From contig CBDBBI010000010.1 of assembly GCA_965202625.1 (NCBI GenBank), positions 2,464,001-2,528,000 on the forward strand: DNA of 64,000 nt, in the 5' to 3' direction. The position numbers and the translations under genes were made by a program. The DNA comes from a bacterium. GTDB taxonomy: Bacteria; UBA8248. This document shows positions 16,894 to 24,800 of the stretch, in pieces. How positions within the stretch are numbered: the stretch's first letter is position 1; every line of letters begins with the position of its first letter. The notes below the pieces were generated by a model that saw only the letters and a program-made list of their open reading frames with translations, was not told where the DNA came from and searched no databases.

Positions 16894-19383
16894 TTATTTG
16901 AACCGCCCCTCGTTCAGCCGCCCATAGACGTCCGTTCCCTTGAGTGCGGCGTTGTTTTTCGCGTAATCCCACGGCGTTTTGCCTGTTTGGTCTTTTGCCG
17001 CCGGGTCTGCTCCGGTATCCAGCAAAGCCGCTACGATTTCGGGCGTCTTGCTGAGCACCGCCGCCTGGTGCAGGGGCGTCCATCCGTTCACGTCCCGCGC
17101 GTTCAAGTCCGCTCCGGCTCTCGCGAGTGCCGTCACAACCCCGGGTGTTTTGCTTTGCCCCGCCGCCCGGTGAAGGGGCGTCCATCCGATCTCGTTTCGC
17201 TCGTTCACGTTCGCCCCGCCCTTGATGAGAGCGGCCACGACTTCAGGCGTCTCGCTGTCCCTTGCCGCCCGGTGCAGGGGCGCCCATCCCTTCTCGTCTT
17301 GCGCGTTCACGTCCGCTCCGGCCTTGATGAGCGCGGCCACGACTTCAGGCGTCTCGCTGTCCCTTGCCGCCCGGTGCAGGGGCGCCCATCCCTTCTCGTC
17401 TTGCGCGTTCACGTCCGCTCCGGCCTTGATGAGCGCGGCCACGACACCGGGCGTATTGTTGAACGCCGCCTTGTGCAGGGGCGTCGCTCCGTCCTTATCC
17501 CGCGCGTTCAGGTCCGCGCCCGCTTTTATGAGCACTGTCACGACTTCGGGTGTGTTGTGCCCCGCTGCCCAGTGTAGGGGCGTCTCTCTGTACTTGTCCC
17601 GCGCGTTCAGGTCCGCTCCGGCCTTCAGGAGCTTCGCCACGATATCAGGCGTCTTGCTGAACCGCGCCGCCCTGTGCAGGGGTGTCCGTCCGTTCTCGTC
17701 CTGCGCGTTCACGTCCGCTCCTGCCTTCAGGAGCACTGCCACGATATCAGGCGTCTTGCTGTTCTCCGCCGCCCAGTGCAGGGGCGTCGATCCCTCCTCG
17801 GTTCGCGCGTTCACGTCCGCTCCGGCCTTCAGGAGCTTCGCTACTACTTCGGGCGTCTTGCTGAACAACGCCGCCCAGTGCAGGGGCGTTAATCCGTTCT
17901 CGTCCCTCGCGTTCACGTCCGCCCCGGCCTCCAGGAGCGTGGCCACGACGCCGGGCGTCTTGCTGCGATCCGCCGCCGCGTGCAGGGGCGTCATTCCGTC
18001 CTTGTCCCGCGCGTTCAGGTCCGCTCCGGCTTTCAGGAGCACCGCTACGACTTCGGGCATTTTGCTCCACTGTGCCGCGACGTGCAGGGGTGTCGCTCCG
18101 TATTTAGTGTCCCGCGCGTTCAGGTCCGCTCCGGCTTTCAGGAGCGTCGCTACGACTTCGGGCGTCTTGCTGTGCACCGCCGCCCAGTGCAGGGGCGTTC
18201 CTCCCTTCTCGTCCCGCGCGTTCACGTTCGCCCCGCCCTTCACGAGCACCGCTACGACTTCGGGTGTCTCGCTATTCTCCGCCGCCGCGTGCAGGGGCGT
18301 CCCTCCGAAATCGTCCCGCGCGTTCAGGTCCGCTCCGGCCTTCAGAAGCGTCTCCACGACTTCGGTCGTCTCGCTGAGTGCCGCCTCGTGCAGGGGCGTC
18401 TCTCCGTTCTTGTCTCGCGCGTTCAAGTCCGCTCCGGCCTTTACGAGCGTGCTCACGACTTCGGGCGTCTCGCTATTCTCCGCCGCGTGGTGCAAGGGCG
18501 TCCCTCCGAATTTATCCCGCGTGTCCAGCTTCGCGCCGGTTTTCAGGAGCGTCGCTACGACTTCGGGCGTCTTGCTGTGCACCGCCGCCCAGTGCAGGGG
18601 CGTCTCTCCGAACTCAGCCCGCGCGTTCACGTCTGCCCCGGCCTTCAGACAGCGGGAAACGTCCTCCGCCGAGGCGCGCTCGAAGAACGCCTCAGTGTTC
18701 CATTCTTCGTATGAAACCTGCGCCGCCGTGTCCGCTCCGGGCGTCTTGCTGTCCTCCGTCTTACGCTGGAGCGTCCGTCCCTCGTTCAGCTGCTGATAGG
18801 CGTCCGTTCCCTTGAGGGCGGCTTTTTCTTTCGCGTAATCCCACGGCGTTTTGCCTAATCCGTCTTTTGCCGCCGGGTTCGCCCCGGCGTCCAGAAAAGC
18901 CGCCACGACTCGGGACTTCTTGCTGTTCATCGCGGCCCAATGCAGGGGCGTCCGTTTCTTCTCATCCAGCGCGTTCACGTCTGCCCCGGCCTTCACGAGA
19001 GTCGTCACGATTCTAGGCGTCTTGCTGAACCATGCCGCCCAGTGCAGGGGCGTTATTTCGTGAAAGGCCCGCGCGTTCACGTCCGCTCCGGCCTTCACGA
19101 GCACTGCCACGACACCGGGCGTTTGGCTGAACTGCGCTGCCAAGTGCAGGGGCGTCAATCCGAGCATGCCCCGCGCGCGCGCGTTCACGTCCGCTCCGGC
19201 CTTCAGACAGCGGGAGACGTCCGCCGCCGAAGCGCGCTTGAAGAACGCCCCGGTGTTCCATTCTTCGCACGAGACCTGCGCGGCTAGAGGGGATTGCGTC
19301 GCCTGAGAGGGTGCAGCGCAGCCGACCATTAGGGCGAGGCACAGAAAAAGCGCCGCTGAAAACGTCCCCATGCGTTTCTTCAT
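16894..19383 (-). CDS. Ankyrin-repeat lipoprotein ank6, a fusion of two capped modules (3 + 16 repeats)
   Basis: LMVGC lipobox; internal C-cap (GKTPWDYAKEKAALKGTDAYQQLNEG) followed by a second N-cap (QVSYEEWNT). Confidence 0.9.
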   Translation of the reverse strand: MKKRMGTFSAALFLCLALMVGCAAPSQATQSPLAAQVSCEEWNTGAFFKRASAADVSRCLKAGADVNARARGMLGLTPLHLAAQFSQTPGVVAVLVKAGADVNARAFHEITPLHWAAWFSKTPRIVTTLVKAGADVNALDEKKRTPLHWAAMNSKKSRVVAAFLDAGANPAAKDGLGKTPWDYAKEKAALKGTDAYQQLNEGRTLQRKTEDSKTPGADTAAQVSYEEWNTEAFFERASAEDVSRCLKAGADVNARAEFGETPLHWAAVHSKTPEVVATLLKTGAKLDTRDKFGGTPLHHAAENSETPEVVSTLVKAGADLNARDKNGETPLHEAALSETTEVVETLLKAGADLNARDDFGGTPLHAAAENSETPEVVAVLVKGGANVNARDEKGGTPLHWAAVHSKTPEVVATLLKAGADLNARDTKYGATPLHVAAQWSKMPEVVAVLLKAGADLNARDKDGMTPLHAAADRSKTPGVVATLLEAGADVNARDENGLTPLHWAALFSKTPEVVAKLLKAGADVNARTEEGSTPLHWAAENSKTPDIVAVLLKAGADVNAQDENGRTPLHRAARFSKTPDIVAKLLKAGADLNARDKYRETPLHWAAGHNTPEVVTVLIKAGADLNARDKDGATPLHKAAFNNTPGVVAALIKAGADVNAQDEKGWAPLHRAARDSETPEVVAALIKAGADVNAQDEKGWAPLHRAARDSETPEVVAALIKGGANVNERNEIGWTPLHRAAGQSKTPGVVTALARAGADLNARDVNGWTPLHQAAVLSKTPEIVAALLDTGADPAAKDQTGKTPWDYAKNNAALKGTDVYGRLNEGRFK

Positions 19384-19453
19384 TTTTTTGCTCCTCTTTT
19401 GGTTGTTTGTTTCGCAACGACAAAGCATTGTCTTCTGCGGGCGATGCGCCGGA

Positions 19454-20113
19454 CTAAGAGGGACTCTCGCCGACTCGGGGATAGGCGACTTTTCCCCAAA
19501 CCTCCGAGTCGGGGTTTTTCTCGATGTCGGCCTGCATGACGTCGAGAATCGCCGGAACGATTTTCTCCATGATGCGGGCACCATCCCTGAGCTGGGTCCG
19601 GCCCCATCCTTCGCCGAAAGTCACGCCTCCGTGGAACACCTGGTTGCGCAGTTGATACAGCCGCCCGAACACTTCCCTGAACACGGCGTGCACGTCTCCG
19701 GTTCCGATGGACCTTCTCGTGCTCTCTTTTCTGGATTCGAAGCGCCTGTGCCACCCCTCTCCCATAGGCTCGCCACGCACGTATTGCCAGAACGGCCTGA
19801 AGACGTAGTGATTCTCCAGAAGAATGCGAATCGGCCCCGAATACGTCTCCCAGAGAATGGTTCTTATCGTTTCCCCCGCATCGCGCTTGATGATCTCCCG
19901 TAGAAATTCGGTGATCTTCATGCTCTCGGTGGGAGCGTCTTCGTATCTGCCCGTCGGCTCATCGCCGTAGGCCGCGTTGAAGGCGATCCACAGAAAAAGG
20001 AATTTCTCCTCGTCCGATCCGGCTTTCCTGCTCTGCTCGCGCCACGTCCAGGCCCGCCGCATTCGGCGCGCGTTGTGCTCGCTGTAGGGTATCTCGTCGC
20101 TGGTTCGCATCAT
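19454..20113 (-). CDS. HEPN-domain protein (ApeA-like putative RNase)
   Basis: FLFLWIAFNAAYG helix and RLYQLRNQVFHGG containing an Rx4H motif; AGGAG RBS. Confidence 0.78.
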   Translation of the reverse strand: MMRTSDEIPYSEHNARRMRRAWTWREQSRKAGSDEEKFLFLWIAFNAAYGDEPTGRYEDAPTESMKITEFLREIIKRDAGETIRTILWETYSGPIRILLENHYVFRPFWQYVRGEPMGEGWHRRFESRKESTRRSIGTGDVHAVFREVFGRLYQLRNQVFHGGVTFGEGWGRTQLRDGARIMEKIVPAILDVMQADIEKNPDSEVWGKVAYPRVGESPS

Positions 20114-20405
20114 CGCGTCGTCTCCTTTTCTGTTCGCTGTGTGCTGGACGCGCGCGCGGGGAACGCGGCTTTCCCGCCGGCGTCCATGAAAAATCCTGGT
20201 TTCACGTCATACGAGAGGCGGTGAGAATGTATAGCGAAAACATGGGGTATGCAATGCGCCCGCCTCGCCGCACCCCTTGGGCACCGCCCGAAACTTGCCC
20301 GACCCGCGCGGATGCGCGATAGTCCCTCTGTTGCCGCGCGGTTTCGGGAAATGATGGCACCAGGCGCGGAGTGGACGCCATCTTTCAAGAAAGAGAGGGA
20401 GCGCG

Positions 20406-21146
20406 ATGCCTTGTTTCTACAGGACGAGCGAGATGGAGAAGAACCTTGCGGGGGCGGCATACAGCCCGACCGAGGGGGCGTGGGTACGGGGGGAGCGGAT
20501 CATTTTCGGCAAGATGCGGATGCCCGCCGGCACGCGCTCGAGCGCGCACTCCCATCCGAACGAGCAGTTCGGCTACTGCCTCGCCGGAAGCGTCCGCCTG
20601 AACGTGGAGGGCGAGAGCGGGGTTCTCAAGCCCGGCCACATCGCCTACCGGCCCGCTGGTGCCGTGCACGAGGCCGAGGTGCTGGACGATGCGGATTATG
20701 AGTTCATCGTGGCGAAGGACACGGCCGCGGGCATTGAGGGAACGCCCGCCGAGATGGGGCGCACCGCCGGGTGCGGGGAAAGCGGGGGTGCGGGGCGCAT
20801 CCCCTATTTCTATGACACCGAGGCGATGGACAAGGGGCTGGCGGGCGAGACCTACAGTCCGACCGAGGGGGCGTGGGTGACGGGTGCGCGCGTCATCTTT
20901 GGGAAGATGCGCATTCCGGCGGGAGGACGCGCCGAGGCCCACTCCCACCCCAACGAGCAGTTCGTGATCGTCCTGAGCGGTGCCGCGCGCATGAAGATAG
21001 GCGAGGAGACGGGGACGCTCGCTCCGGGCGACATCGCCCACATTCCGGCGAACGCGGTGCATTCCTGCGAAATTCTCGGCGATGCGGACTATGTCTTCGT
21101 CACGGCGAAGGACACCTCATGGGGCATCGGGGGCGTGAAGGCTTGA
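20406..21146 (+). CDS. Bicupin (two tandem cupin domains)
   Basis: HSHPNEQF..G and P..AVH motifs each occur twice; internal duplication. Confidence 0.88.
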   Translation: MPCFYRTSEMEKNLAGAAYSPTEGAWVRGERIIFGKMRMPAGTRSSAHSHPNEQFGYCLAGSVRLNVEGESGVLKPGHIAYRPAGAVHEAEVLDDADYEFIVAKDTAAGIEGTPAEMGRTAGCGESGGAGRIPYFYDTEAMDKGLAGETYSPTEGAWVTGARVIFGKMRIPAGGRAEAHSHPNEQFVIVLSGAARMKIGEETGTLAPGDIAHIPANAVHSCEILGDADYVFVTAKDTSWGIGGVKA

Positions 21147-21195
21147 GGGGGGGGTGCACTCCGCCTTCAGACTTTAGTTGGCGGATTCATTTTCC

Positions 21196-21672
21196 CTATG
21201 ATCTCAGTCTATCGGTCAATTTGGAGCCGCATTTGAGCCATCGTAAGGCTTCACTTCGCCCGCGGAAACGTATTTTTCCGCTTCCATTTTTCCTCTGTGC
21301 CCTGATTTCCGATGTTCTCACGCCCTTATGGGCGACGACGGGACGAAAATGGACCACTGTATTTTCGGGAACAACCCCCTCGGCGGCGCGCGCCCCTGCT
21401 TGAAGTTGTGCAATGGCTTGGCTGACGTCCAACCGACCTTTCTTCAGTTCCAGCGGCACGACCCATAAAGAGCAGTTGCCGCTTTCGGCGATGAACAGGT
21501 AGTCGGGACGTTTCTGATTCTTGCCGAGGGGCGAACCCGGTTTGTCAAAATCGATGATCAAGCGTGGCGACGGCGCACCTTCAAGAGATACGCGGCAACC
21601 ATCCCTGCGGCAATTATCTGAAAGACATTGCGGAGAAACCTCTGCCCGAACTGCATCCACGAGGCCCTTCAC
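21196..21672 (-). CDS. Small putative PD-(D/E)xK nuclease-fold protein coupled to the ATPase
   Basis: KRPDYLFI...VVPLELKKG..AIAQL pattern; GTGA overlap with the ATPase stop. Confidence 0.6.
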   Translation of the reverse strand: MKGLVDAVRAEVSPQCLSDNCRRDGCRVSLEGAPSPRLIIDFDKPGSPLGKNQKRPDYLFIAESGNCSLWVVPLELKKGRLDVSQAIAQLQAGARAAEGVVPENTVVHFRPVVAHKGVRTSEIRAQRKNGSGKIRFRGRSEALRWLKCGSKLTDRLRS

Positions 21673-23198
21673 CCGCTTTTTTCTCCAATCCGGCTGGAAA
21701 TATCCGCCCAGTCATTGTGGAGCGCGGCGGCGACGTCATCAAAACCAGACGGGAAAAGCCCCGAATCATTGAGAGGGATTTCCTTCACGATAGAACCCCT
21801 TGGGCGGTTCTTTGGCTGAAATAGCCATACCCCCACCTCATCAGGTCGTAGATCGACGTCGCCATCTTTAGGCAGGTTCGATGACTGCACGATGTTGGCG
21901 AGTTCTTCCAGCACCCACTCGCTGTGCGTCGTGAGGAGCACCCGAACGCGCGCGCGGACGAGCGCCGCGATTTGCCGTGTGAATTCGACCTGCATGGCGG
22001 GATGCAGGTGCGATTCCGGCTCCTCAATGATCAGCACGTTGCCGGGTCTCACCACATAGCGCAGATACAGCACCACCGGCGCGAGTTCCGACACCATGGA
22101 CGAGGCGTTCATCAACGGAAGGTCGGCCTTCCACGTCTCCGGCCGATAGGTGAAGCGCGGGTAGCCGGTTTCCGTTTTCTTGACGTTCACTTCTCCGCCT
22201 AGGATGAATTTTTCGATTCCCTTGTCGAGAGGATTTTGAGTTTCGCGCCCAGACTGCCCACTGTCGATCTCAATCAGTTGTTCGAGGAAGTCCGCCTGAA
22301 CGCCCGAGAGCAGGGGGGTGGGGGTATCCTGATGCAGACCCGCCCTGGTGGCGCGCTCGATCAAGGCGCTTACGACCACCTGATGGGCGTGCATGACGCC
22401 TGTGCGGCTGGCGGGAAGATAGAAGGCCGGAAGATGTAGGGGGGCAAAGACCTGAGTTGCAGTGAAGTCGCTTAAATTCGATATCAGCCGCAGTGCCTTC
22501 AATTCTGGATACTCATTCTTCCATATATGCATCTTCATGCGGTAGGAACTGCCGAAGCTCCTTAATGAAAATGACCGATCATCATTCTTGAGCCGTATAG
22601 GCGTATTTTCGGGAATCTTCGTCTTGAGCGCGGGCTTTTGCGCGTGGATTCTCAGCTCTTGAACGAAAGGATCGGCATCGTCCGAGACGCCCCTTCGCAG
22701 AACGACCTGCGCGTTCCGTGCACTTCCCCCTTTACGAATCAATTCTTTCGTCTCGTTAACGCCGAAGCACCTGCTGACTTCATTGCCGAGATTTCCGCCC
22801 AGGGCGTCAAGTCTGGTGAGTGCTGAAAGAACCCAACCTGCGATGGGATCGGGGATAAGAATGCTTTTCGCATTTGACAACGCCTCCTCGTCCCCAAACG
22901 TCCGCTTCGCCCAATCGAGAAACCCATCCAAAGTTTCCTTGGTGGGTTGATTCTCCTCGTCGTCCACAAATAGGTCGTAACCTAAGGGAAAGTGTCGGAA
23001 GCCAGGCAGACCCAGGCCATCAAGGTGACGACTGAAAAACCGGTGCAAGGCATATATCAGAATCGCCAGATAGGATTTGCCGGTGTTGCTCGGGCCCACG
23101 AACACGGTCAAAGGACGCAGAGCAATTTTCGCATCGGCAATGGGTCCGAAATTTTTCACTTCGAGCTTGACGGAGCCTTGCACAGGCGAATCGCTCAA
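21669..23198 (-). CDS. ABC-type/AAA_15-like ATPase (defence/toxin-associated class)
   Basis: VKNFGPI, Walker A GPSNTGKS, PASRTG, SSMVSE signature, Walker B LIIEEPESHLHP, TTHS. Confidence 0.88.
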   Translation of the reverse strand: MSDSPVQGSVKLEVKNFGPIADAKIALRPLTVFVGPSNTGKSYLAILIYALHRFFSRHLDGLGLPGFRHFPLGYDLFVDDEENQPTKETLDGFLDWAKRTFGDEEALSNAKSILIPDPIAGWVLSALTRLDALGGNLGNEVSRCFGVNETKELIRKGGSARNAQVVLRRGVSDDADPFVQELRIHAQKPALKTKIPENTPIRLKNDDRSFSLRSFGSSYRMKMHIWKNEYPELKALRLISNLSDFTATQVFAPLHLPAFYLPASRTGVMHAHQVVVSALIERATRAGLHQDTPTPLLSGVQADFLEQLIEIDSGQSGRETQNPLDKGIEKFILGGEVNVKKTETGYPRFTYRPETWKADLPLMNASSMVSELAPVVLYLRYVVRPGNVLIIEEPESHLHPAMQVEFTRQIAALVRARVRVLLTTHSEWVLEELANIVQSSNLPKDGDVDLRPDEVGVWLFQPKNRPRGSIVKEIPLNDSGLFPSGFDDVAAALHNDWADISSRIGEKSG

Positions 23199-23301
23199 AT
23201 CATCACCTCACATTCCGGTGCCCAGACGTCGCTGCTGATGCGGCGCGCCCAGCTTACGATACGCACCTCATGGATTCAATACGAATATGATCTACATCCC
23301 C

Positions 23302-23457
23302 CCCTCACGGGGCGAGGCGCTCTATCCGCCAGCTGCCGTCCGTCTCCAGGGCGTAGCGCACGCGGTCGTGGAGGCGGCTGTCCCTGTGCCGCCAGAACTC
23401 CACAGAACGGGGCACGAGGAGGTAGCCGCACCAGCCGAGCGGCCTCGGTGCCGCGCG
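23302..23457 (-). pseudogene. Duplicated 3' fragment of pdxH
   Basis: Near-identical to 24798-24952; encodes ..[33 protein letters not shown]. Confidence 0.9.
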
Positions 23458-23620
23458 CATGAAGATAGGCGAGGAGACGGGGACGCTCGCTCCGGGCGAC
23501 ATCGCCCACATTCCGGCGAACGCGGTGCATTCCTGCGAAATTCTCGGCGATGCGGACTACGTCTTCGTCACGGCGAAGGACACCTCATGAGGCATCGGGG
23601 GCGTGAAGGTTTGAGGGGGG
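23446..23620 (+). pseudogene. Duplicated 3' fragment of the bicupin gene
   Basis: Near-identical to 20978-21152, with a TGG-to-TGA change. Confidence 0.9.
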
Positions 23621-23666
23621 AGGTTTGTGAACCGCAAGCCCTGTCGGGTTTTGCTGGCTTGTTCAC

Positions 23667-24146
23667 TTAATTTGTTTTCCTTATCTTGATTGCTTCTTCC
23701 ACTACATTTGATAAATGCGTTGAAATCCAGGCATATACTTCGTGGCTATTCCTTCCTGCCGGCTCATAACATTTGACCAAGTGTGAGAGATACAGAAAAT
23801 CAAAAGGATTTTGCCCTTTTCCCGAACTATATCCTTGACTATCTTTTAATCCATGAATATGGATACCCACGATGCCCATACCCTGTTTCCATGACTCTAT
23901 TATTTCATAGTTAATCCATTTTCTGCCTGCGGTATTTGTTCCAACCAAAACAACAGTGCAAGATCTATACTGCATTTGCTCGTCAATCCACCGTTTTATA
24001 GCGTTTTCGCCGCCTCTTTTGACTTGCTCCCAACCGTTATCAGATGTTGGTTCGTTTCCCTCAATAACGCCTATATTGCGCACTTGGGCCACACGCCAAC
24101 TGTCTGGCTTATAGTCAAAACTGTAGAACACTTGTCTTTTTGTCAT
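23667..24146 (-). CDS. TIR-domain protein (ThsB/MTH538-like)
   Basis: MTKRQVFYSFDYKPDSWRVAQVRNIG, IKRWIDEQM, CTVVLVGTNTAGRKWINYEI with catalytic Glu; lower GC than flanks. Confidence 0.88.
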   Translation of the reverse strand: MTKRQVFYSFDYKPDSWRVAQVRNIGVIEGNEPTSDNGWEQVKRGGENAIKRWIDEQMQYRSCTVVLVGTNTAGRKWINYEIIESWKQGMGIVGIHIHGLKDSQGYSSGKGQNPFDFLYLSHLVKCYEPAGRNSHEVYAWISTHLSNVVEEAIKIRKTN

Positions 24147-24166
24147 GACGGTTTTCCTTTTTATTC

Positions 24167-24591
24167 TCATGCTCCTCCACAATAAATTATTGCGAACACT
24201 AAAAAAATGAAGAAAAACTCCACCAAATAAAAAATGAAAAGAGTTTGAGAAAAAATAGCGGATGACCCGACTACATTTCAGGTTTGTTTCCATGTTTCAT
24301 CACGTCCATCTTGAAATCTGTATCGGATTGCACCCTGATCTCGTCATATACTTGCCGGAAAAGTCTTTCCTGCCAGAGAAAATATCCGTCCAGCCACCAG
24401 AACCCTATAACGGGTGGAATAAGGAGAAGAACAATAAACGGATTTTGTATCTCGCTCCTTGCAGTCAAGACTATGGCGGCGACAATGACAGTCATGCTCC
24501 AATTTTTCACGAGAAAGGAGTTGTTGCCCAAACGGTTGATAATGGCTTGGGTCATTTCCAGGTGTTTGATGACCTTCTCTGTGCCGTTCAT
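24167..24591 (-). pseudogene. TIR-associated multi-pass membrane protein, frameshifted near its 3' end
   Basis: KHLEMTQAIINRLGNNSFLVKNWS..FWWLDGYFLWQERLFRQVYD, stop at 24271; a last hydrophobic helix SAIFSQTLFIFYLVEFFFIFLVFAIIY continues in another frame to TGA at 24167. Confidence 0.7.
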
Positions 24592-24800
24592 ATTCTCGCT
24601 CGCCGGCCAGCAATTTTCTGATTGAGGTTGGCGTTGCTCGTCTTTGTCTTTCAAGATTTGAGCGCAATCCCAAAAGCGAAACTACACCACGAAATCACAT
24701 GGCTACTACAAAAGATATAGTGTTTGTCAAGTGCGCGCATATACCGCATGTTTGATTTTGTTCTTTGTCCGCAGGGTGCAGCGCATAAAGGGATAGGCCC

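Noticed and set aside
11181-19300. Long plus-strand and off-frame ORFs over the ankyrin array
   Set aside because: Antisense or frame shadows of GC-rich repeats; no RBS, signals or domain motifs.
11279-19383. Diversity-generating retroelement as the source of ankyrin variability
   Set aside because: No reverse transcriptase or template-repeat/variable-repeat pair in the window; differences include indels and are not visibly adenine-restricted.
24147-24293. Hydrophobic N-terminal extension of the TIR protein
   Set aside because: Off-frame reading of the upstream membrane gene's 3' end; the TIR fold starts at MTKRQVF.
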